From Octopus bimaculoides (Eukaryota): a stretch of 64,000 nucleotides of DNA. Below are positions 1-13,046 of the stretch, piece after piece. The stretch lies in the NCBI RefSeq assembly GCF_001194135.2, contig NC_068981.1, positions 85,741,275 through 85,805,274 of the forward strand. The letters are read 5' to 3'. The notes below the pieces were generated by a model, which was not told the DNA's origin, did not search any database, and saw only the letters and a list, made by a program, of their open reading frames with translations. The position numbers and the translations under genes are program-made. Position 1 is the stretch's first letter; every line of letters begins with the position of its first letter.

Positions 1-96
1 CCCCAGGCCAGTCTACTTCTGGGCACCCATATTGCCTTGATCTCGAAGTCGCTAACTACTAATCTGTGTTGGGGTGTACATTCTTCGCCAGGGAGA

Positions 97-270
97 ATAT
101 ATATACATATATACGACGGGCTTCTTTCAGTTTCCGTCTACCAAATCCACTCACAAGGCTTTGGTCGGCCCGAGGCTATAGTAGAAGACACTGGCCCAAG
201 GTGCCACGCAACGGGACTGAACCCGGAACCATGTGGTTGGTAAGCAAGCTACTTACCACACAGCCACTCT
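97..270 (-). mobile_element. tRNA-derived SINE family A (GAGTGGCTGTGTGGTAAGTAGC head), 5' half
   Basis: Reverse complement of the 50996 copy; B-box-like GGTTCAGTCC. Confidence 0.9.
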
Positions 271-1278
271 TGCGCCACATGGTTGCAAAGTGAACTTCAA
301 ATCACACAGTCAAATGCACATATGCATGTGTGTATGTGAATTTCTTTTATTCTCATGGAAGCATCTAGTGAGCAACAAAAAAGTCTGTTGTACTACCATT
401 TAATAACATTTTTGTCATTCTATAAGTCACTTCATTTATTTATTGTTTTTTTTTTTGTTTTAATATTCTGTACAGCAAATATGTTAAAAATAATTTAAGT
501 TTTGTTTCCTTTTCGATTACTACCAGTACCACCAAATCTAATAGTGACCTACTGTGTTATGTCACCCACCAGTAAGCACTCACTCTGGAGAAGTTCAGTA
601 AAAGCTATGTTGTTGCCCTGGACATCAGCAAAACCGTCAGTTGTGCCTGGCATGCAGGCCTCCTATCAACACTTTCCACCTACAGTCTCCACCTTCTCTC
701 ATCTCTTGGAACGGTAGCTTCTTATCTGTTTGCAATATCAGCGCATATGTTGACTGAGCTCTTTCTACTCTGCTCTCAATCAACTCTGATATTCCTCAGG
801 ATTTCGTTTTGAATCTCACTCTTCCTCTTATTCAGCAATGACCCACTTGCTGCCACATCCAACAACACTGCTACTCATTCTGTCTGTGTCTTTTCCCAAA
901 CATGGATGTAAATAAACCAACACCACTTGTAATGAAGAAGGGAGAGAGATAAACACAGGTACAAAGACATAACATGTATGACGGGCTTCCGCACAGTTTC
1001 TGCCTTCCAAATTAACTCATAACAGGTTATAGTAGAAGAGTCTTGCCTGGGTTGCTGTGCAGTGGGATTGAACCTGAAACCTCATGGTTTGCAAAGCTAG
1101 CTTCTCAGTCACACAGCTTGAGAGGTTGTTTTTATGATGATTACAAAGTCTGAGGATTCTTGTTTTTCAATTTTCTGAATTGAAATTAATTAAGTATTGT
1201 TATGAATGATTATGAGGACTCTGTAATTTCAAATTGTTTTTGTTCCTTTACAACTTAAATATAATTTTTTATTTCTAG

Positions 1279-1389
1279 TCAGATGGTATTATTGAAGGAA
1301 GATCTTCCACGCAGTGAAATGATCTGTATGCTTGGTGTGTCAGCAAGTTATACAATACATGATCTTTTACGATTCACTGCTTCAGTGAG
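1279..1389 (+). CDS. BRAP: BRAP exon (QMVLLKEDLPRSEMICMLGVSASYTIHDLLRFTASV), BRAP2 domain
   Basis: ttctAG acceptor, AG|GTATGT donor, phase 2-2. An in-frame alternative acceptor before 1283 cannot be excluded. Confidence 0.88.
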
Positions 1390-1416
1390 GTATGTATATT
1401 TCATTTCTGATTAATA

Positions 1417-1459
<43 letters not shown>

Positions 1460-1700
1460 GAATGAGAGAGCAGCACATGCANNNNNNNNNNNNNNNNNNN
1501 NNNNNNNNNNNNNNNNNNNNNNNNNNNNNNNNNNNNNNNNNNNNNNNNNNNNNNNNNNNNNNNNNNNNNNNNNNNNNNNNNNNNNNNNNNNNNNNNNNNN
1601 NNNNNNNNNNNNNNNNNNNNNNNNNNNNNNNNNNNNNNNNNNNNNNNNNNNNNNNNNNNNNNNNNNNAGTGAGGTATGTATATTTCATTTCTGATTAATA

Positions 1701-1743
<43 letters not shown>

Positions 1744-2263
1744 GAATGAGAGAGCAGCACATGCAATCAAAGTGACACTGGGGTACTAATATATGAAATT
1801 CAATATATCCATCATACCTATTCATTTGATAAGAGAACATCAGGCATATGCATCACAACCATATATGTACAACATGGTGACCTCATATCAAGATAAACAG
1901 TGCATGACATTATAGGTGGGGCCCAATTAGAATGTCCTTGAGGTCAAGTAGCCCATCCCACTCAAAAGGTTCATGAATAAGGGTTCTTTACAAATGATGA
2001 ACAAAACGTGTTTCCAGAGGGGAATTATTCAAACCCCAAAGAATACCTCTCAACACATGACTATGATGCTCTCTCACTACTTCTGCTCATGATCAGAGAT
2101 GCATGTGTTGTCAGCCACTAAGGGACATGCTCAACTGGTTAAGGTCAAGCAACTGGCAAGTAAATCTAAAGTATTGAGCAGAATATTTACTGTAGCTCAT
2201 CTTTTACACCAGTGCATGTTAACACTTTCAATCAGTTAAGATCAGAAGCCATGAGAGCCACTG
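1744..2263 (-). mobile_element. Non-coding about 550-nt retroelement ending in (AAT)n, copy 1
   Basis: Colinear with 32818-33366; abuts (ATT)n. Confidence 0.8.
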
Positions 2264-2626
2264 ATGGTTTCAGGCAAATTTCTACTACATCTCCTGCTAC
2301 ACCTCTGTGTTGCTGAGGTGTGTGCAGCATTGTATGTTCTTCTTTTTGTTGGTGCTGGAGGAGTACAAACTTCATGAATTGCTTCGATTTGTTTTGTTAT
2401 CTTGAATTGTTATCTTGAATGTTTTGTTATCTTGAATTGTTATCTTGAATGTTTTGTTATCTTGAATTTTTTGTTGTATTAGTGTTTGCATAACGTGAGC
2501 TGCGTTCTTCTGTTGGATATCCAACCTGTAGAGTACCTGTTGTAGGGGGTTGTTTATTTTATTGAATATTTACTGTATAGAGTGTGTATAGAGTGTTTGT
2601 GGATTGTTTTATTGGGTTGTGCTATA

Positions 2627-2860
2627 CAGGGTGTCCCAAAAATCACTAATGGGTTTCAGTTTTTAATAACTTCCTTAACTTTACAAATAAATGCATGAAA
2701 TTTTGATACAATATAAAGGACATAGTGGAAATTAATATGTACAAGTCAAATTTTGCAACCCCACTACATCACATATGAAAAATGACATTGCTCAAATGGC
2801 AGCCATTTTCGACCTCACATGCTCATGCTCTTTCCAAAACTTGGACCATAACACACTCAA
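2627..2860 (+). mobile_element. Tc1/mariner terminal fragment
   Basis: TA-CAGGGTGTCCCAAAA terminus; interrupted by the Dong element. Confidence 0.5.
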
Positions 2861-4900
2861 GAGTTTCAGACTATTGCTATTCCAAACATGCACGTTGTTT
2901 TACTTATCCAACTATGTGGTACCATGTCATATACTTTTTTGTAATATAGCCATGCTACATTCAGCCTCATCAATCTGTATCTACAATTTCTAATTATCAT
3001 TTTATCAACTAATAAGTGATCTTTTGTTGCCCTACTTTGCTTCCTGCATCCTTTCTGTTCTTCTGGAAGTAGATTGTTGCTTTCCAGATGGTTGTATAAC
3101 TCATCTGTCAAGACACCAGTCATAAGCTTCTACATTAGTGGTAAACAGATTATAGGTATCCTTGATGCATAGCCGCATTCGTCCACTTGTCATCCAGGCA
3201 GAGATGTGACCTTGCTGCAGGTAGTCATCCAGTTGCGCAGCAATCCTTCCATACAACTGTGTAAAGTTCTTCAGCTGATAGCCTTGTACTCCATCCAGAC
3301 TTGGTCCTTTCCAATTGTTATTTTTTAAACTTCTGTCTCACTGTATATAGATTAATTCTGATGTCCTTTTGTCTTGGTACAATTGCAAGTCGTCTTTCCA
3401 CCTTTGTTAGCCATTCAGAGCTTTCTTTATGTCTTGACAGCCTGTTTCACAGTCCTCCCCAAAATTCTTTACTTTCTTTTGCATCTGGAATCAGTTCTTG
3501 GTGTTGGCCTTCCTCTATTTCCTCAAGAAGACACCTATTTGATTGGAACAGTCTATTCTGTCCAAAATCTTTGCATCTAGCATCATATCTTTTCAATTTG
3601 ACCTTTAATGCTGACACTTTTTGTGTCAATTCCTCATGTATTGTTTGTTTTCCCCTTTCTTCTAACCTGTATGATTAGCTGGTTTGTTTCTCTGATGTTT
3701 TCTGTTTTAATCAAGCTTAAAACATCGTTTATTTTGCCTATGGCTCTCCTCACTTTTTCTCTGTCCATATATCTTACATTTGGTGGTACTTCATTGTTCC
3801 CAGCTGATATTTTACTTTGTAATCTTTCTAAAATCTCTTTACCTTCATCGTTCAAGTCTTGTGCAGTACTTACTATCACCTGTCCAAATAGATTGTCTTC
3901 ATTAGTTACTTTATCAGTATTCTTGTCTTCATTAGTTACTTTATTAATATTCTCTGGTTCTCTGCAATTTCCCTCTTTTCTTTTTCTTCATCTCTCATCC
4001 CTTTATTACCACTATCTGCTACTGCTGTTTCACTCTCCTTCTGCTCTTTTTTTTAAGTTTATCTGAATTTCTTCTATGTCTACACCTGTAATCCAGTCGT
4101 TCCTACAGATTGCTCTTGCTTGGTCTATCAGTCGCTGGGCAGATGCTTCAGAACCTCCTTTTTCATCCCATATTCTCTTCATTCAATTCACGAAGCCTCT
4201 TTTATTTGGCTCACCTCTCAGCCAGCATTCTATTACTATTTTGTTTACATTTTTTTCTCTTTTCATTCTTTTCCTTTTGCACTTTTGACTGTGGTTTTGG
4301 TCCTGATCAATAGCTTGATGATGACTTGCCAGAGCTTGATCAGATACTCCTTGCCTGCCGTGCACGACACCTTCACTGTTAACAGTTCCAGTCCCATTAG
4401 TGCAGTTGTGGTTATTATTTAATTTTGACATTGCACATTTAGAGGTAGCATTTGTTAGGTTGTGCAATCACCAGTGTTTTTATCATGACACCATAACTAG
4501 GTGGGTTGCTAGCCAAGGCTGTGAGAGTCCACGCCTACCCTCATGTACACTGTTGTTTGTACCAGTATCATTCACTCCATTGTTTTATGTCTTTGTATTT
4601 GACATTTTCACTCCTGAGAATTTTGGTGTTGAGGAGACACAACCATTGGTGTTTTTTGCTTTTGAGACACTTTCTCTAGAGGGGTTGCTGACCAAGGCTA
4701 AAGGGACCCCTCTTTCCATGAGACAGGCTTAACTCCACCAGATGCCAACCTGGTATTTCTAGGTCCAGTGGGGGTGGGAGAGGCTTGCTTTCAGGTACTA
4801 CATTTTGCCTAACAGTGACGTGAAGGTAGTTGTGGTTAAGGGTAACCTTGTTCTTCCCATGTTATGATGCCACAACCAGATGTAGTTTCATGCCATAGCC
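2860..4900 (-). mobile_element. R4/Dong-clade (RLE-type) non-LTR retrotransposon, 5' half, decayed
   Basis: KIVIECWLRGEPNKRGF; KLKRYDARCK...QNRLFQSN...PDAKESKEFW; EEQKGCRKQSRATKDHLLVDK...AWLYYKKVYDMVPHSWI, which is typical of R4/Dong RTs. Confidence 0.85.
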
Positions 4901-5129
4901 AGGGCGTGCTATTATTAGTATTATTATCCTTTGCTTGTATTGTTACTGTCAGTGATGGTAGTAGCATTGTTGTAAGCTATTGTTCTCTTTGGCTATTTCC
5001 TGTAAGTGTGGTGGCTTTGTTGCCATTGTTGCTCTTCTGTCTCTGATCGTTTCTGTTGTTTTTATTTGTTTCCGTTTTTGTAGTTGACTGTGTTGGTGGG
5101 ATGGCCTTTGTCGTTATTGTTTAGCAGCA

Positions 5130-5480
5130 CTTTCTATGACCTTCGAAAATGGAGTGCTGATGTTCATCCTCCTCAACATGCTATTCTTACCTATTTAGCT
5201 GAGATATTCTGTGGGGTGAAAGGGCTGTTGTATGGGTTTCATGTTTGGTCTGCTATTTCAGGAGTGTAGGTGGGTTAGATTGGCTGTCAAGCCATATATG
5301 TGCACTGGAGTGTTATTCTCATGGCCATTCAAATGGCTTGGTTCGTTTTCAAATAACTGTCTGGTTGGTCAAAAAGAAGCTGCAGGTGGCAGATAGGGGG
5401 GAAGGAGGGTGGAGTATAGTGTCCAGATGTGGGAGGAGGGGAAAAAGTTTATGTTGAAGAATTAATTTAAATTCACATCT
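5130..5480 (-). mobile_element. Possible Penelope-like GIY-YIG relic
   Basis: TY-GLTAN ... TEYLS.IG ... FSKVIESA resembles the PLE Y.G.T...F...STELSK...W.II motif; heavily decayed. Confidence 0.3.
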
Positions 5481-5534
5481 GAATCTAAGACACAGGGCAA
5501 CAGTTTTTGGAGGCATAACATCTTTTATAGGCGT

Positions 5535-5915
5535 AGGAGTTGCTGTGTGGTAAGTAGCTTGTTTACGAACCACATGGTTCCGGGTTCAGTCCCACTGCGT
5601 GGCACTTCGGGCAAGTGTCTTCTACTATAGCCTCGGGCCGACCAAAGCCTTGTGAGTGGATTTGGTAGACGGAAACTGAAAGACACCCATCGTATATATA
5701 TGTATATATGTGTATGTCTGTGTTTGCCCCCCCAACATCGCTTGACAACCGATGGTAGTGTGTTTATGTCCTCGTAACTTAGCGGTTCAGCAAAAGGGAC
5801 CGATAGAATAAGTACTAGGCTTACAAAGCATAAGTACTGGGGTTGATTTGCTCGACTAAAGGCAGTGCTCCAGCATGGCCATAGTCAAATGACTGAAACA
5901 GGTAGGAATAAAGAG
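5535..5915 (+). mobile_element. SINE family A, full length
   Basis: Head, central (TA/TG)n and GACTGAAACA tail colinear with the 50996 copy. Confidence 0.9.
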
Positions 5916-5978
5916 TAATATTACGGAGATGTACCTGCATAGCAAGTGACTTGATCTGATATTGTTTGCTGAAACAAA

Positions 5979-6233
5979 ACAATTGTAGCGTGGAAGGTGT
6001 TTATAAGCCATTTCAAAAATCACACAAAAGCTATTAGATTCACTTCAACATTTAAATTTGATTTGTGTCAAAATATTTTTGTTGCTTTGAAACCATGACC
6101 TGTTCACTGACAAAATTTGTGATGCAGCATGAAACTTTGCCAATGAACAGGTCGCGGTTTCAAAGTGGCGAAAATATTTTGTTTTTTGTGTGTTTTTTAA
6201 ATGGCTTATAAACACCTTCCATGCTGCAATTGT
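5979..6233. mobile_element. Palindromic MITE
   Basis: About 50-bp terminal inverted repeats ACAATTGTAGCGTGGAAGGTGTTTATAAGCCATTT and an internal inverted pair CTTTGAAACCATGACCTGTTCA / TGAACAGGTCGCGGTTTCAAAG. Confidence 0.75.
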
Positions 6234-6472
6234 ACATATATATATATATATATATATTTGAAATCGAAATCGAACCAAATTCGACAACTGGCACCCATGC
6301 CAACCTTTCCTTCACTGGACACTAAACTCTGCTTGTGAAGACCTGTTGGGGCAAGTGAAATCGAAATCATAATTGAACCAAATTTCTAACATTTGAATGT
6401 GTTTAATGGAGTATCTTTAGTTTCAGTACAGTGGAAATGGTGTGGATAAATATTTTTCCTATTTATTTCTAG

Positions 6473-6551
6473 TGCTGGTGTAGAAAGTATGCGAATCATT
6501 AGGGATTCTACTCCTAATCAGTATATGGTTCTGGTTAAGTTCAAAACTCAG
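6473..6551 (+). CDS. BRAP: BRAP exon (AGVESMRIIRDSTPNQYMVLVKFKTQ)
   Basis: tttctAG / CAG|GTAAGA; hallmark IIRDSTPNQYMVL motif. Confidence 0.96.
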
Positions 6552-7399
6552 GTAAGAATTTTGAAATATTTTAATTCCATTATTTGTTGCTATAGTTTAA
6601 TGAGCCAAATAAAATACTTTTTAAATGAAGATTAAATAAGCCTTGTGTGACATAAAGTAATCTATAATTTAAACCAATCTGTTAATTGTTTTTATCTTAT
6701 TATGAAAAGATGTTGTAGCTTGCAGGATTTGTTACTTCTTTTTAATTTTCTAATTGACTTGATGTAGTTGAAGGGGCTGTGCCCATAACTTTTGCAAGTA
6801 TTCTAAGATTGGTGAGATGGATGGAATTATAAGTTTCTTCCCAAATAGCTGCAGGAAAACCATGGGTAGGGAAAGAATTTCAGAGGGCCACTATTTTGTG
6901 TATGCATGAGTGGAGGATTACTGGGCATAGTGGTTAGTGTTGGGCCTGGGGGTGGGAGTGAATAGTGATCTGACTGTAGGTAACAGGCAAATTGAGAGTG
7001 CCTAGGTGGAGGTGGCATGATACTAACTAACTCTGAGGAGTAAAGGCCACAATAGTATCAGAAGAAAAGATAGGAGAAACAGCATGTGTGTTGGTGAGCT
7101 TCTTCATTCTAATCAGTCAGGTGGCCTTTTTTTATGTGGTTTAGGAGGATTGCATGTGTAGCTGCAGTGCCATTCTAAATGAGTGTGTAGCACTCTATTG
7201 TAGGTATAACTCGAGCTTTTGTATGAGGTTAGTAGTTGTTGAAAACTAAAGTATTTTCTGGGCCTTCAAGGAAAATCAGTCTTAGGGGTGTAGTCTTTAG
7301 TAGGCAGAGGACATTCAGTCACTAGTAGAGATCTTCAGTAATGTTGAGGCCTATCATTCGTAGTAATTCAGCGGATCATAGCTGTTTATGTTTAGGTAG

Positions 7400-8850
7400 G
7401 AGGTTTACAACATTTTTTTCTCTTGATATATGTAATGATAGTCTTGATTACTGTTTGTCAGTTGTAGGCTTCATTATACAAATTCCACCGAAAAAGGCAT
7501 CCAACTCTCAAAGGTTCACACTGTCCTGTTGTGAATTACTGTCATAGAGATCATTATCTTGTTGCTGTTACAAATGGACACTTTATAATAGAAGTATTAG
7601 CTTACAGCCTTTAGTTCAAATTTTCTTGCACAATTCACTCTAACTGAACTCCACAGATGCTGCTATATACTTCAGGGCATCTTGCCTACTTTGTGGAATG
7701 CATTTCAGAAACTGATGTTGTACACTGGTCACTGTTATGAAAGGCCTTGCTCGAATTATGTTCAATTAACATTCTCATCTTGTCAGTACATCAGAAATTC
7801 CTCATATTGTATTGACTCAGAAAAAATCAAATATGAATACAGTAAGACCATTTTTAACTTCCCATTATGAATAAAACCCTTATTGAACTGTGTAGTTTTG
7901 AGTTGTCAGTGTTATTCCTGTTGTTTATCTTTGTGTCACTTGTATCTTGATACAAGTAACACAGACATGAACATGAAGATAATACCTATTGTGAATCAAC
8001 TGTGAAAACACTTACAACGTAACTGGTATAAATATGGCATACAAATATATACACCACTAACTGCAAAAGTTTCCACATTTGACTTATGTATGATATGTAT
8101 GTTACATGTGCCAAAGGGCTACAGCATTGCTTTCTCCAAATTTATCAAGGGCAAATGACTACTCGTGTATAATGTAATAGAACAAGTTTCATGTAGATCT
8201 GGCTCTATACTAACTATTGTGGTGGTCCTTGAAAAGGGAGAGAGACTCAAGACAATGAAGATGGTTGTTTTTAACTGTTTCCATTACCTTTGGGATTTTG
8301 GAAGTGAGGGCAACAATGGTAGTTGTCATAGAAAGAAACATTACCATTGGTAATGGGATACACTTTCATGTTTCTATAGACTTGGATTGATTCTTGTGAA
8401 ACAATGATTGAAAAGCTTACTGGTTCTAGAAAACCATTTTTGAAATTGACAGAAAGAATGTCAGGACTGGTCCCTTTTAACTTTAAAGCAGTTAAGAAAA
8501 TGTTTGTAGTCAGTGATATATAACACACATTGAAGAGATAGTGGAATGGAAAAGGAGAATTTAGGAGTAGTTTTGTTGTATATGTACAGTGTGATGTTGG
8601 AAGCACATGTGCACGGTGGTGTTGCAGCAGATGTGGTTACTTTTGCAGTATGAATGTTACTTCAGAACCATCTTGGTTGATAAGTGGTGAGTTGGAGGGT
8701 TCTGTAGAGTTAGTGGAGACCTTGACAGAGAATAGAAGACCCTTTTGCAATTTGGGAGGTGAAGAACTTGTAAGTTGCTTGATTTACAAGGATTTTGTTT
8801 TCCAAAAAAATGTTGGGGGTGTTACTTTGTAGTGGTCAGCTGATTCAGAG
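7400..8850 (-). mobile_element. Ancient CR1/L2-group LINE RT relic
   Basis: Decayed GPD...P.L region (KGTSPDILSV) and YRARST...ALDKFGESNAVAL, the QYGFRS.RST...VALDISKAFD equivalent. Confidence 0.5.
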
Positions 8851-9366
8851 AGGTAAGTAAGAGAGGTGAATTGTAATTACCCATAAGTTCAGAACCTTTA
8901 TTATCTGGAGGTGGGTCTCTGTTTGGAAATTTTTTTACATGAACCCTCAGGTTGCCAGTGGTACTACATAAGGGAAGCATTGTGTCAGGGTTGTCTCATC
9001 CTCAAACCAGATTCCTGCTCTGAAGGCTTGTAAATAAGTGAACTCTATTTTTAATAGTATCTAAGTACCAAATTGTATTAAACTGACATGACATACCTGC
9101 TTTGATATTCAATCTCTTTTTCTGTCTTTCATCATTTCTCTCTCACTCATACACACAAATAGGGCTGATTGTAAAATAAAAATCTTAATTTGATTAATAT
9201 CCAAAATAATGGCAATGATAAATACTAAGTATTGACTAATGACTATTGATTTTAGAGAATTTTATATAAAAAAAAATGAGAAGTAACTTTAATTAAATCC
9301 TATTTAGTATTCATCTTCATAAATAATATATTTCTCTAACATCTCTTTCTTTATTGTTTCAACTAG

Positions 9367-9480
9367 GAATTGGCTGATGAATTTTATTCAGCATTTAACA
9401 ACACTCAGTTCAATTCAATTGAATCAGATATTTGTCATTTGGTGTATATAGCTAAAATTGAAACAATGAAATCTTCTGAG
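9367..9480 (+). CDS. BRAP: BRAP exon (ELADEFYSAFNNTQFNSIESDICHLVYIAKIETMKSSE)
   Basis: aactAG / GAG|GTATGT, phase 0-0; FNSIE..C.LVY motif. Confidence 0.95.
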
Positions 9481-12400
9481 GTATGTTTTATTTTTACATT
9501 TTATATCATCATTATTTTCATTCTTCTTTCCAATTTATCAGCATTCTTTTCAATATCCTTCAAGTAATATGTCAGTCAACTTCTATTGTATTATTGACAT
9601 AATTGAGTACTTAAATCAGTAACTTTGCTGATGGCAAGTAATAGGTACTTTATATTTTTAAAGATAAATACCACAAATTAGCTGAGATGACAGCCAACTA
9701 AATGAAGAGGACTTAACAATAATCATTCCATCACTTTCAATATACTGTATCCCTGGTAACAACCCTTCATTTTAAAAATATTAAACCAGTTAATTGTAAT
9801 AAGGTGCCACAATGAAATAGAATTTTCTACTCTTGTCAGTTGTGGTGCTACAAAATAAAAGTGTTAGCTTGTAATGCTAAGCTAAAATCTTCTTGTAGGT
9901 AAAAAGCATTTAAAAGATTAATGTTTCTATCTAAAGAGCAACATATCTTTCAACCTCTTAGTTGGAGTAATTTTCTGTAGATCTTTTTAACTGTCCAGGT
10001 TCACTGCTAGAAGCAGGCAATGTACACAAGATCCTGTGATGAAAAATCTTGCTTAAATTTGGTCAATCATCATTTTGTTCCTAACATCTCATCAATTTTC
10101 TGGTTAGTTTTTTCCAGTTGTATTGATAGGATCACAAGAAATAAACGCATTTTACTCCTAATTCTAATGAAATACACTGCTTATGTGTAAAAATTAATTT
10201 TGAAAAAAAATTAAGAATTTGAAAGGATTTAGTAGCATAATTAATAAATTTGTTATCTAATTACCTGATACTGCCAGGATACCAAAATGCCTGATATAAC
10301 CTTTATTTACTTATTCATTTTGAAATCAAAATATCAGTGTAAATATCATTACTGTATTAATGATGACACATGCTTTCTCTAGATAAACACTCACTATTTA
10401 TATGTGAATATTATTTATTGGATATTTTGAATATTTTCCCATCTCCTTTATTTTTTGTCTTTATTTCTCTAATATTCTGCCTTTTAATAAATTACGTAAA
10501 AAGTGTATTAGCTTCAATTTAGTTATGACTTCAAATGGATTTTGAATGTAGCAAATAGAAGAGTGAATCAAGCACCTATTGGGCTTTAAACTGGATGCTT
10601 CAATATCCAAGTGTATAAACAATTCCAGACAGTGGTATTGAAACCAGGAAGAGGATGGAGTGAAGGAAAACTTTTAAAATGTTTCTCTTTCAAACTGAAC
10701 TCATTTTATCATTCTCATGACTCAAATCTGTTGTATATTTAATTTTGTTTCTTCCATTTCAAGTCTTCCATGTAATAAATGTGGAGACTAGTCAAAATAC
10801 AAAATGTAAACAAAGGAAAAGGAAAATAAATTGGATGAAGTTAATGCATTTTTACAATGACTATAATATCAAGCTTTTAGTAAACTGTATGATACAAGCT
10901 TTGGCTAATAACTCACTTTATTTTATGATATTTGAACCAAATTTAAATAATGTCGTATTTCAGATTTCACCTGTACCTATCTGTAATTATATAGTTTTGT
11001 GACAAATTCTGTAATAGCTGTATGGAAGACCTTGTTACATTGTATTTATTGTTAGTAAATAAAAAAAAAGATATAGTTGTTTTATGAAATCAGTCAAAAT
11101 TCACAATTATTTTGCCATTTAATTGAAACACAGAGGGGCATATTTTAGAAATATAGTAAGCTGGTTTTTTGAAAATAACCTAAACCTCAAACCTAATAGA
11201 GGAAATGATAAAGGGACAGGATGACTGGTGATATGCAGTTCTTGAGATCACCTACCCTTGGAGAAACTAAGATTCTGGAAGCACAATGTATATATATTCT
11301 ATCTCTCTTTTCTATCTTTTCTCTTTTCAAAGAAAATACTTCTCCAGCGCTTGCTATTTTACCCTTATTCTGGTCTAATGACCCTCCATGTTTGTTTTCG
11401 TTTGGTTTCCTTGTATGTCTCCACTGTCCTGTTTTTGTTCCCAACTTTGACCCTCCATAAATCCAAAATTTTACTTTGGTACTTATGAGAGAAACTGTCT
11501 TCGAAGACTCATATCGTTTTTCAATGCTCGAAATGAGGAGTAGATAGACAGCTGGCAACTGATGAAGGGTTGTTCTTTGTGTTACTTGTCCTGTTTTCCA
11601 TTTGTTTCTCTTGTTGTTTGTGTATTGAACTCATTTGTTTTCATATTTCATGTTGTTTACTGTTGGTGACGTCCTGTACCCATATATGCATATATATATA
11701 TATATATATGTATATTACTTATATATATATCTGTATAAATATGCACAACTGCTCCCCACCCAATATCTTCCTCAAGACATTCCCACCACCTATCACCTAA
11801 CTACACTATTCTAATTAAATGTGAGCAGAACTGTATACTTCAGTTTTTCCCTGGTGCCAGTTTTCCCTCTTACTACCTGGAACCATTTCACTGTTATCCA
11901 TCTTTCATTCTTAATACTGTCTTCTCCGCCTCTATTTTACATTGTTCACCCTCTTAAGCCACCAAATTATCTCCCCTTCTCCACCATGTGTCTCGCTCCC
12001 CTTCTCCACTATGTGTCTCGCTCTCCCATTCATTACATCTGCCCAACACTCTCAAAACCTACCCAGTACATGCTTTGAAGTAATTGGTGTTAGATTTGGT
12101 ATATGGCTGTAGAAATCATGCCAAAGCAGACACTGAAGCACAATATGGTCTTCAGAACTGTCAGGTCTTATGAAACCATTCAACCCATGTCAGCATGGAA
12201 CATGGACATTAAATGATGATGAGAACAATGATGAACTTATAAGGTTCTTAGATAAAATTGTAATGGAAGGTTTGAATTTAATAATGAATTTCTTAAAATG
12301 GGAGGTAAGTTTTGTATTAAAGAAATGAAAGCACTTTATACAGGTTAGTATAAACAGTGTCTTCATTAGTGTCTAAAGCTCATATTCACTTGAGGCAAAA

Positions 12401-12500
12401 TATTAATTTTAAATAATCTTACCTCCTATTGATGTTGTTTATAAATGGGAAAATACTGTAAGGAATGGGAAAATAATTATAAAGAAATTTTTTAGACTTC

Positions 12501-12752
12501 ATCATCATCATCATCGTTTAACGTCTGCTTTCCATGCTAGCATGGGTTGGACAATTTGACTGAGGACTGGTGAACTGGATGGCTGTATCAGGCTCCAATC
12601 TGATCTGGCAGAGTTTCTACAGCTGGATGCCCTTCCTAACGCCAACCACTCCGAGAGTGTAGTGGGTGCTTTTATGTGTCACCGGCACGAGGGCCAGTCA
12701 CGCAGTACTGGCAACGGCCACGCTCAAAATGGTGTTTTTTATGTGCCACCTG
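12501..12752 (-). mobile_element. RTE 3'-end fragment with (GAT)n tail
   Basis: Reverse complement of ...CCAACCCATGCTAGCATGGAAAGCAGACGTTAAACGATGATGATG, matching about 49400-49608. Confidence 0.85.
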
Positions 12753-12980
12753 TACAAGCTTTTATTGTGTGGTTCAAACAATGTGAAATTAAACTTAATT
12801 ATGCTACACTAGTTTCATCAGCTAACTATAAATTATCTAGCTAATAAATTTAAAATTCATTCAGTAATATATGCATTGTATTTGGAAAGTTTATAAATAA
12901 TTCATGATTTTATTATTTTTATATAGGAATCAAAAATTTTCTGTATTAAATACACTTATCCTATATTCTATACATTCTAG

Positions 12981-13046
12981 GGTGCTGGATTACCAATTCC
13001 TGGTTTAACAGAACTACCTAACTGCCCAGTGTGTTTGGAGAGAATG
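12981..13046 (+). CDS. BRAP: BRAP exon (GAGLPIPGLTELPNCPVCLERM), RING start
   Basis: attctAG / ATG|GTAAGA; TELP.CPVCLERM. Confidence 0.96.

Noticed and set aside
1392-1770. ORFs running through N-gaps (also 44812-45525 and 57420-58268)
   Set aside because: They are artefacts of N runs and microsatellites (poly-L/N/I).
11545-11570. CTGATGAAGGG as a second hammerhead core
   Set aside because: No stem II closure or downstream GAAA in this copy.
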